A stretch of 51,156 bases of DNA from an uncultured Candidatus Sericytochromatia bacterium (GTDB lineage Bacteria > Cyanobacteriota > Sericytochromatia > UBA7694): contig CAYFGW010000001.1 in the NCBI GenBank assembly GCA_964342365.1, positions 667-51,822 on the forward strand, read 5' to 3'. The notes under the pieces are model-generated. The model made no database searches. It worked only from the letters and a program-made list of their open reading frames with translations, and was not told the origin of the DNA. Shown piece after piece: positions 19,811 through 27,874 of the stretch. Position 1 is the first letter of the stretch, and each line of letters opens with the position of its first letter. The translations under genes were made by a program, and so were the position numbers.

Positions 19811-21341
19811 TTTTTATTTTCTTTTGCCCTATGCACCCCTTTCTGTATGTGTCCTGATGGGCATTATCCTGCTTTTGATGCAGGTATTTACCAAACACGC
19901 TCAGCGCTTTAGCCTGAATTATGTGTCGCTTCTGGGCATGAGTCTGGTGGGACTCACCACCATCTGGGCCATGAAGGCCATGGGTGATATGGTGAATAAA
20001 GTCAGTACGCTGCCGGAGGATGTGCGCCAGCAGGTGCTCAGTCACGCCTCTTTTTTAGATAATTTTGCACTCTTTTTCTATCTGGTGCTCATTATTGGCT
20101 CTTTCTTAACCCTGTTGGTTTCGGCCCATTATCTGGAGCGAGAAAAACTGGTGCGTGGAGAATTTTATGCCCTGATCTTTTTTGCCCTGGCGGGCATGAT
20201 GGTGTTGGTCTCTGCCAACAGTCTGATGACGCTGTTTATTGGTCTGGAAATTATGTCCATGGCGGTCTACGTACTGGTGGGTTATCAACGCAAAAGCGCA
20301 TTTTCTAATGAGGGTGCTTTTAAGTACTTTTTGCTGGGGGCTATGGCCTCTGCCATTCTGCTTTACGGTATTGCCTTGACCTATGGTGCCGTGGGTTCTG
20401 TAGAGCTTTCTGACATTCGTTTACACTATATGACCGGTAATGCGCTTCAGCCGGTGGGTGCTATTGGTATGTTGCTGCTGATTAGCGGACTGGCCTTTAA
20501 AGTGGCCGCCGTCCCTTTTCACACCTGGGCTGCCGATGCCTATCAGGGAGCCCCCCTGCCGGTAACGGGCTTTATGGCTACATTGGTAAAAACGGCGGCT
20601 TTTGCTCTCTTTTTAAAGGTGCTTGGTGAAGCGTTCTTGCCCCTGCGCGTGCAGTGGGTAGAAGTCATTGCTCTGCTGTCTGCCATGACCATGTTGGTGG
20701 GCAATATTATGGCCTTTACTCAGAAAAACTTCAAACGTATGCTGGCCTACTCCAGTATTGTTCACACCGGCTATTTGCTCATGGGCCTGGCCGCACTCAA
20801 TTTGCAAGAAAGCAATCAGGTGCGTGCAGCGCTAGGCTATTATTTGTTGATTTATGTGTTTAGTTCTCTGGGTGTATTTACGCTGTTGAGCTATTTAAGT
20901 GGTCGAGATGAAAGTCGTCAAAACATTTCAGACTACGCCGGACTGCATCGACAACATCCTTTTCTGGCGGCAGCCATGGCCCTGTTTATGTTCTCCTTTA
21001 TTGGGGTGCCCCCGCTGGGCGGATTTTTTGCCAAGTACTACCTGTTTACCGAAACCCTGCGTCAAACCGCCGGAGAAGGTTTTATGGTAGCTCTCGTGGG
21101 CTTTGCGATCTTCAACAGTATTTTGTCTATTGCCTATTATTTGCGCGTGGTTACCACCATTTACATGCATCCACCTGGCGACGAGTTGCCTGCCCAGGGC
21201 TTACGCTCTCTGTCCTTGAACGGGGTTTTGACCATCACTTTGCTGGTTACCTTCTGGACCGGATTTGCGCCCGTGAATTTGTTCTGGATGATTCCCGGTC
21301 TCACGCCCCTTGTGGACTGGTTGCAAAAGGCCATGGTGTAA
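19803..21341 (+). CDS. nuoN: NADH-quinone oxidoreductase subunit N
   Basis: EGAFKYFLLGA; FKVAAVPFHTWAADAYQGAP; KRMLAYSSI. Confidence 0.95.
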   Translation: MDNFYFLLPYAPLSVCVLMGIILLLMQVFTKHAQRFSLNYVSLLGMSLVGLTTIWAMKAMGDMVNKVSTLPEDVRQQVLSHASFLDNFALFFYLVLIIGSFLTLLVSAHYLEREKLVRGEFYALIFFALAGMMVLVSANSLMTLFIGLEIMSMAVYVLVGYQRKSAFSNEGAFKYFLLGAMASAILLYGIALTYGAVGSVELSDIRLHYMTGNALQPVGAIGMLLLISGLAFKVAAVPFHTWAADAYQGAPLPVTGFMATLVKTAAFALFLKVLGEAFLPLRVQWVEVIALLSAMTMLVGNIMAFTQKNFKRMLAYSSIVHTGYLLMGLAALNLQESNQVRAALGYYLLIYVFSSLGVFTLLSYLSGRDESRQNISDYAGLHRQHPFLAAAMALFMFSFIGVPPLGGFFAKYYLFTETLRQTAGEGFMVALVGFAIFNSILSIAYYLRVVTTIYMHPPGDELPAQGLRSLSLNGVLTITLLVTFWTGFAPVNLFWMIPGLTPLVDWLQKAMV

Positions 21342-21347
21342 ACACAT

Positions 21348-23402
21348 ATGGAGTCACCCAAGGTTGGCGAAATTCTGGTTAAAGAGGGTTATCTCAAACC
21401 CGACATGCTGGACAAGGTGCTGCGGGTGCATCAAAAACACAAATCAGAGCACCCGGATTTATTCAAACCCTTTGGTCAGATTTGTGTTGAGCTGAACATT
21501 ATCAGCGCTGAAGAACTTCAGCGGGTGCTGCGTAAATACAATAAACGCATGCCGCTGGGGCAAATGCTTTTGAATCAGGAACTCATTACCGCAGAGGCGC
21601 TGGCGAGGGCGCTGCAAACCCAGCAAACCGTTAAAAAACGTCTGGGTGAAATCCTGGTGGAGCAGGGCGCATTATCTTCAGCCCAGTTGCTGGACGTGCT
21701 CAGTGAACAATTGGATATTGCGCGCATTATTCCTTCGTTGGAATTGGTGGATGAAGAACTGCTCCAGAAGTTAGACGTGCGCTTTTTCAAAGAGAATATG
21801 TGTTTGCCCCTGCACCAGCACGGTCAACTGCTCACGGTGGTGATGAAAGACCCACTGCGCACGGATATCATTGAAAAACTGGCGGCCCATTATCAGGCTC
21901 AGATCGTACCGGCACTGGCTTCTCCAGAATCTATTCTGGCCACACTTAAGGAATATCAGCATCTGATGAGTTTGCCCTCCCTCGGGCCCCTCTCCGATAA
22001 TTTTAACGCCCTTCAGGTAAAACCCCCCGTGGAGAAAATGCCCAAGTTGCCTTTTGCCACGGGCTTAAATGCGCTGTCAGAAGCCTTTGAGAACCAGAAT
22101 GCCGCCACTTCTGAGACCGAAGAGAAGGCCACAGGCCAGTCCCAGCGCAATCTTAAGCAGGAAGAGCAAATTGTGAGCTTCCTGGTGAAAAGTGCTCTCA
22201 AAGATCGTGCTGAAAGTATCCATATTGAACCCCAGGAAAAACATTTGCGGATTCGCTATCGCATTGATGGCGTGCTTTACCATAAAACCGATTTGCCCAC
22301 AGACATGGGACCGGCACTCGTCCTGCGTTTAAAAGAACTCTGTCAACTGGATCTTCAGCGCGTGTCTCATCAGCGCGGGCGGGTAGAAACCAGCATCAAT
22401 GAGCAGGACCTAGAGCTCAATATGGCCACCTACGATACTCTCTGGGGCGAGAGCATGACCATTGAACTCAAGCCCCGCACCTCATCGCACAGAGAAATGC
22501 TGCTCAATATTGAGCGCACCGGTTTTTCTCCGCTGAATTTAATGCGCTACCAAAATATTTTAAATCAACCGGGGGGACTCATTATTCTCACAGGCCCCTC
22601 ACGGGCGGGAAAAACCGCCACGGCCTACGCCTCGGTGAATTATTTAAATGCCCAAAACCGCTCCATTGTCACCGCTGAGCACCCCATTGAAATGCGTGTG
22701 CCGGGTGTCGTGCAGGGGCAATACAGCGAAGAACTTCACCATCGATTCGCAGATAAAGTCAACGCCATGCTTTATTTGAACCCCGATATTTTAATGGTCA
22801 GCGAAATTGAAGACGTAGACGTCATGCATGAAGTGGTGAATATCGCTCTGACAGGTGCAAAGATTATCACGTCTTACCCCGCTTTTGACGCCACGGGCGC
22901 GCTGTTGCGTCTGAATCGTATGGGCTTAGAAAATTATTTGATTGCGGCCAGTAATATTACGGTGTTGTCTCAACGTCTCATTCGTAAGCTCTGTCCGCTC
23001 TGTAAAGTGCCCCATGAGCCCCGTCAGGATACCTTTAACCGCCTTGGGTTGGTGGATGTTACTCCCGAAAGCGCCACTTTTTATAAGCCGGTGGGTTGTG
23101 ACGCCTGTGGGCATCACGGTTATCAGGGGCAAACAGCCATTCACGAATTGCTCAAAATCAATGAAGCAATCAGAGAAGCCATTCTCAACAATAAGCCGGC
23201 AGCCACCGTACGGGCCATTGCTCGCACCGAGTGTAAATTGGTCTCCATGGCGGAAGACGGTCTGTACAAGGCCATGGAAGGCGAAACTTCTATTGAAGAA
23301 GTGCTCAGAGTGGCTTTTGTAAATGAATACGATGCCCAGACCCCCTGGAGTGCCGAAGAGATTCGCGACATTTGCAAGGGTCTGGATCCCGACTTTATTT
23401 AA
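21348..23402 (+). CDS. GspE/PilB-family protein with tandem MshEN-like motifs and degenerate ATPase motifs
   Basis: IHIEP..RYRIDGVL, GPSRAGKT, LSQRLIRKLCPLC..GCDAC..GYQGQTAIHELL. Confidence 0.85.
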   Translation: MESPKVGEILVKEGYLKPDMLDKVLRVHQKHKSEHPDLFKPFGQICVELNIISAEELQRVLRKYNKRMPLGQMLLNQELITAEALARALQTQQTVKKRLGEILVEQGALSSAQLLDVLSEQLDIARIIPSLELVDEELLQKLDVRFFKENMCLPLHQHGQLLTVVMKDPLRTDIIEKLAAHYQAQIVPALASPESILATLKEYQHLMSLPSLGPLSDNFNALQVKPPVEKMPKLPFATGLNALSEAFENQNAATSETEEKATGQSQRNLKQEEQIVSFLVKSALKDRAESIHIEPQEKHLRIRYRIDGVLYHKTDLPTDMGPALVLRLKELCQLDLQRVSHQRGRVETSINEQDLELNMATYDTLWGESMTIELKPRTSSHREMLLNIERTGFSPLNLMRYQNILNQPGGLIILTGPSRAGKTATAYASVNYLNAQNRSIVTAEHPIEMRVPGVVQGQYSEELHHRFADKVNAMLYLNPDILMVSEIEDVDVMHEVVNIALTGAKIITSYPAFDATGALLRLNRMGLENYLIAASNITVLSQRLIRKLCPLCKVPHEPRQDTFNRLGLVDVTPESATFYKPVGCDACGHHGYQGQTAIHELLKINEAIREAILNNKPAATVRAIARTECKLVSMAEDGLYKAMEGETSIEEVLRVAFVNEYDAQTPWSAEEIRDICKGLDPDFI

Positions 23403-23582
23403 GTTCCACAGTCCACTTTAGAATCAGTATGTCGCTGATTTGACGCTTCAAAGGGGTTAATATACCTGCCCGGCTTTTTCTGCGGGAGTTTTTGCCAAAA
23501 GTCCACGAGCAAACCCTTTCTCGAACCAGGACACTCAGTGTCAGTCTAATCTGTCAATGAATGAGATGAAGTTATTTCAACT

Positions 23583-24743
23583 TTACTCTAAATAATCTTT
23601 TAGGCGTTCAAAATTTTTTGTATTCACACTTTTTGACTGTAGAAAATTAATATCTTCTATTAAATTTTTCTTTTGTTCAGGAAAACGCTTTATGAATGAG
23701 TCAAGCAAGACCATTCCTTCTTTATCATTGCCATTTAGAACGAGTGCTAGAATCAAATTTGCCTCTATCCAATTCGAAGTAGGGTTTAAACTTAATCCTT
23801 TTCTTGAAAAGTTAACTGATTCACCATACTTTTTTTGCAAAATAGATATCCATCCCATATTTCCATACGCTTGAACATCTCTGGGATTTAATTTTACAAC
23901 TTGCTGATAATCACCTATAGCCTCTTTATATAGTTTCATACGATAATAAGCCTTGGCCCTGTTAAAATAAATTTTATCGTTTTCTGGACTGATAGAAATA
24001 GCCTTATCGTAGTCTAATAAAGCTTTTTTGTATTCCCTAAGATCTGTATAAACTGCAGCTCGATTATTGTAAGTTAGAGCAGATAAAGGCTCTAACTGAA
24101 TAGCTTTATCATAACTTGACAGAGCCAGGGTATATTTCTTTAGTTTGTGGTAAATGGCCCCTCTGACGTCATAATTATCAGCAGATTCAGGAGCCAGTTT
24201 AATGGCTTGTTCATAGTCTTTCAGAGCTTGCATATATTTTTCTAGAACATAAAAAAGCTTTCCTCTATTAGAATAAGCTAATGGAGAATTTGGATCTACT
24301 TCTATGGCCTTATTGTAATTAGAAAGAGCTTGTTCGTACTGACCCAAGTCTTGATACAGAATTCCTTTGCCAACATATGCTGTTGCAAATTTTGGACATA
24401 GTTCAATCACATGATTATAGTCAGAGAGAGCTTTTTTGTATTTACTTATTGTTTGATATAGGATTCCTCTATTAAGATGGGATTCTATTAATTTTTCATT
24501 CAACTGGATAGCTGAGCTGTATTCATCTATTGCCAATAAAACTTTATTGTTAACCTGGGCTTCAACTGCTTTATTGAAATGAATTTCGCCTTCTGTCTTT
24601 TTTGAGCTCTCAGAAGACACTGGTATTGCTACGTAAACTTGATCATCGCAATAATACTCCTGTGCTTTCACTAATTTACAGAAAAAAGAGTTAAACGAAA
24701 AAACTACTGTTATTGTGAATAAAAACCATAATATTTTCGGCAT
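23583..24743 (-). CDS. Exported TPR-repeat protein
   Basis: N-terminal hydrophobic signal; about 8 tandem TPRs. Confidence 0.88.
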   Translation of the reverse strand: MPKILWFLFTITVVFSFNSFFCKLVKAQEYYCDDQVYVAIPVSSESSKKTEGEIHFNKAVEAQVNNKVLLAIDEYSSAIQLNEKLIESHLNRGILYQTISKYKKALSDYNHVIELCPKFATAYVGKGILYQDLGQYEQALSNYNKAIEVDPNSPLAYSNRGKLFYVLEKYMQALKDYEQAIKLAPESADNYDVRGAIYHKLKKYTLALSSYDKAIQLEPLSALTYNNRAAVYTDLREYKKALLDYDKAISISPENDKIYFNRAKAYYRMKLYKEAIGDYQQVVKLNPRDVQAYGNMGWISILQKKYGESVNFSRKGLSLNPTSNWIEANLILALVLNGNDKEGMVLLDSFIKRFPEQKKNLIEDINFLQSKSVNTKNFERLKDYLE

Positions 24744-24978
24744 AATTTTCTAAAGATGTCGCTTCCTCAACTTTGAGTTACTTATCTTGATAATACTTGA
24801 TTGTTTTTCAATAGTAAAATAACAACGCCATAAATGACTTGTAAGCTGACCCGAAGGGGCATGATTTTGTTTGGGTTGATCTGCTGGTTGTGTGAATTAA
24901 AAGTTTTATACTACTGTAGTAACTGATTTATTTTGGGTGTTTTTATGAATTAATACGGCTTGTTTTGAGGTTAAAACG

Positions 24979-26229
24979 ATGTTTTTTAAAAAAATTGTGA
25001 TGATACCAATCCTTTTCACTGTTGTAGCCCTACCGTCTGTATCTGCTCTCTCAAATCCAATAAAGAAAGACCAAAGTGAAATCTTTAGCCTTGTCATAAA
25101 ACCGCCTGTGGAAGTGGGGAAAAATAATTTACAACCCAAAAGAACTCCCCCTCAAATAGCAATACTTCCGAATTTGATAAAAACAACGAAAATGAAAAGA
25201 CTCAACTCAACAGAGTTGGAAGAGATAGCTCAACTTTTAAAAGATGAAACTGCGCTTTCAAAGGGTATAAAAAGGAAAAACAATGTTAAACCTTTTGGGA
25301 GTAGTTCAAGATTACTTGTAGCTTCCTTTACGAGTGATAAAAATGAGATTGAAGGAGCTCATCATATTAGATTTGATGACGAAATTTTTGAAGTGTTTTT
25401 CAGAAAAGGCCCTGTTTATAGAGTATCAGGCCGTACGAATCACGATGATAAAGTAATAATTCAAATACCTTTTGATACCTTCAAAGTATATTTATTCTTT
25501 AAACCTAAGACTCTTGATGAAAAATTAGAAATAGAAGATTCCTTGTACCATGTATCGGATACATTAGGTAAAAACGATTTTTTCGTTTCTGACCAACATT
25601 TTCTCAATTTAGGTTTGCGCACCTTGCCTATTCCGAAAACGTGGAAGAATTCTAGTGGTAGCGATCTTAGAGTGGCATTTCGGTCTCGAAATGTATCTTC
25701 TTTTAAATTGCTTATTTTACGTGAAGAATCGAAACTTCCACTTCCGCCTCCGGGAATCAAAGAAATAGGGCCTGATGGTGGAACGCTAGAATTACCGGGT
25801 GTGGGCCGTGTTGAAATACCTGAGGGTGCTTTGGATAGAAAAGTAACTGTTCGCCTCAGTCAGAAAACTGTGTTCCTAAAAGTTATTGCTAGCGTAAGCG
25901 CTTTTGAAAGAATTCCAGCATATACTTATCACGACTATGTTAGCGCAATAATGAAAATCGAACCCATGGGTCAGAGACTGAAAAAAACTGCATTGGTGTA
26001 TCTTGATATAGACAAACAGCGGGTAGGTGCAAATAGTCCAGGTGTTGTTGATTGGGTTGTGTTCAATGAATATACTCCTTTAAACGAAATAGTTACTTCT
26101 GCCTACGCCAAACTTCCGAAAAAACACAGTGAGCCCCTGAAGATCACGAGTTTTTCTTATGTTACGAGAGTTATTGATGAAATGTATGGCCCTGACGATT
26201 CGTACGAAGTTGATCGTGTTGAGAGATAA
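24979..26229 (+). CDS. Exported hypothetical protein with C-terminal ZU5-like domain
   Basis: Signal peptide; IGPDGGTLELPGVGRVEIPEGALDRKVTVRL. Confidence 0.65.
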   Translation: MFFKKIVMIPILFTVVALPSVSALSNPIKKDQSEIFSLVIKPPVEVGKNNLQPKRTPPQIAILPNLIKTTKMKRLNSTELEEIAQLLKDETALSKGIKRKNNVKPFGSSSRLLVASFTSDKNEIEGAHHIRFDDEIFEVFFRKGPVYRVSGRTNHDDKVIIQIPFDTFKVYLFFKPKTLDEKLEIEDSLYHVSDTLGKNDFFVSDQHFLNLGLRTLPIPKTWKNSSGSDLRVAFRSRNVSSFKLLILREESKLPLPPPGIKEIGPDGGTLELPGVGRVEIPEGALDRKVTVRLSQKTVFLKVIASVSAFERIPAYTYHDYVSAIMKIEPMGQRLKKTALVYLDIDKQRVGANSPGVVDWVVFNEYTPLNEIVTSAYAKLPKKHSEPLKITSFSYVTRVIDEMYGPDDSYEVDRVER

Positions 26230-26456
26230 TAAACAAAGTTTGGTCTTGTCGGAACCAGAGAGATTTTGAGTTGTACCGGCAACATCCAACTAAACGATCG
26301 AATCAAACGTAGAGACGCAGACCGCAACAAACTACACCCAAATATATAGAAAGTGTTAAAAATACACTTTTATGGAGGTTGTGAGCGAGAAATTTGTCTT
26401 GCGTCAAATCCTCCACCTTTTTTTCGACATACAATGTCTGTATAAGGAGGGGAACC

Positions 26457-27791
26457 ATGCAAAAACAACCCCATATTGTAATTATTGGTGGCGGCTTTGG
26501 GGGATTGTACGCTGCACAACACCTCAAATACAGCGACGCTAAAATTACCCTCATTGACCGTCGTAACTTTCATTTATTTCAGCCTCTGCTCTATCAGGTG
26601 GCCACGGGCGGTCTTTCGGCCGCTAATATTGCCGCTCCTTTGCGAGCCATTTTAAAACGTCAAAAGAATACCGACGTGCTGCTTGCAGAAGTGAAAAACA
26701 TTGATCCCCGGCACCGACGAGTGCACTTTTCCGATGGTAAAACCCTGGATTATGATCAGCTGGTGGTAGCCACCGGAGCCACCCACAATTACTTCGGCAA
26801 CCCCCAGTGGGAAGAACACGCCCCCGGTTTAAAAACCATTGAAGATGCCACCGAAATTCGCCGCAAGGTCCTGATGGCTTTTGAAGCCGCCGAACGGGAG
26901 CCCGATCCTACTAAACGCGCGGCCTATTTGCGCTTTGTGGTGGTGGGAGCAGGTCCTACAGGTGTGGAACTGGCCGGAGCTCTGGGTGAAATTGCTCACC
27001 AGACCTTAAAAGATAACTTCAGACATATGAACCCCGATGCCGCAGAAATTTTGCTGGTGGAAGCGGGCAAAAGAGTACTCTCGCCCTACGCCCCCGAACT
27101 TTCCGAAAAAGCAGAGCATTCTCTTGAGGAGCTGGGCGTGACCGTAGAAACTAACGTCATGGTCACCGATATTCAGGCAGATCATGTCAAACTCAAATAC
27201 CCAGACGGTGAAAAACGGGTGGACACCCATACCGTGATCTGGGGCGCCGGGGTTCAGGCTTCTCCGCTGGGAAAAGTGTTATCTGATGCGACCGGTGTGG
27301 AACTAGATCGGGCCGGTCGAGTGAAAGTTAACCCCGATTTAAGTATCAATGACAGTATTTACGTGCTGGGCGATCTGGCCCATTGCGTGGACAAAGACGG
27401 CAGTCAATTGCCCGGCGTAGCGCCGGTGGCCATGCAACAGGGCAAATACATTGCTCGCCTGCTCAAGCGCAAAATTGCGGAGCCGAATATTCAGGCAGAA
27501 CCCTTCAGCTATTTTGATAAAGGCAGTATGGCCACCATTGGCCGTTCAAAAGCAGTGGCCGAAGTGGGCCCCCTCAAGTTTTCTGGTTTTATTGCCTGGA
27601 TGATGTGGCTCTTTATTCACGTGATCTTTCTGGTGGAATTTGAAAACCGCATACAGGTGATCTTGCAGTGGGCCTGGAACTACATCACGCGCAATCGCTC
27701 GGCACGCCTGATTACGGGCAAACCCGAAGAGCGACTGCCGGAGCCCACAGAGAGCAAGCCGGAACCCGCACAACAGGAGCTGAGCGTTTAA
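26457..27791 (+). CDS. ndh: Type II NADH dehydrogenase
   Basis: IIGGGFGG, HLFQPLLYQVATG, VVGAGPTGVELAG, IWGAGV, DKGSMATIGRSKAV; AAGGAGG SD. Confidence 0.93.
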   Translation: MQKQPHIVIIGGGFGGLYAAQHLKYSDAKITLIDRRNFHLFQPLLYQVATGGLSAANIAAPLRAILKRQKNTDVLLAEVKNIDPRHRRVHFSDGKTLDYDQLVVATGATHNYFGNPQWEEHAPGLKTIEDATEIRRKVLMAFEAAEREPDPTKRAAYLRFVVVGAGPTGVELAGALGEIAHQTLKDNFRHMNPDAAEILLVEAGKRVLSPYAPELSEKAEHSLEELGVTVETNVMVTDIQADHVKLKYPDGEKRVDTHTVIWGAGVQASPLGKVLSDATGVELDRAGRVKVNPDLSINDSIYVLGDLAHCVDKDGSQLPGVAPVAMQQGKYIARLLKRKIAEPNIQAEPFSYFDKGSMATIGRSKAVAEVGPLKFSGFIAWMMWLFIHVIFLVEFENRIQVILQWAWNYITRNRSARLITGKPEERLPEPTESKPEPAQQELSV

Positions 27792-27829
27792 ACGCCTCTC
27801 TTTTTTACAATTTTGCACAAATGCTGCAC

Positions 27830-27860
27830 AAAAAAAGCCTCCCGAAGGAGGCTCTTTTTT
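27830..27860. terminator. Bidirectional intrinsic terminator
   Basis: AAAAAAAGCCTCC-CGAA-GGAGGCTCTTTTTT between convergent genes. Confidence 0.88.
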
Positions 27861-27874
27861 ATGTGTCTAATTGC

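Larger units (their letters stand above)
23560..26300. other. AT-rich two-gene islet, probably horizontally acquired (edges approximate)
   Basis: Abrupt shift to A/T-ending codons (TTA, ATA, AGA); no mobility gene seen. Confidence 0.6.

Noticed and set aside
15553-21341. Mrp antiporter or cyanobacterial CO2-uptake NDH-1 module
   Set aside because: Order and motifs fit NuoJ-K-L-M-N; no MrpE/F/G or Cup genes.
23450-23520. c-di-GMP-I riboswitch
   Set aside because: Only a fragmentary GGCAAA match; the expected stem and tetraloop/receptor arrangement is absent, and it lies between two 3' ends.
23400-26450. Integron cassettes / attC sites around the AT-rich genes
   Set aside because: Genes are divergent, no convincing RYYYAAC...GTTRRRY pairs, and no integrase.
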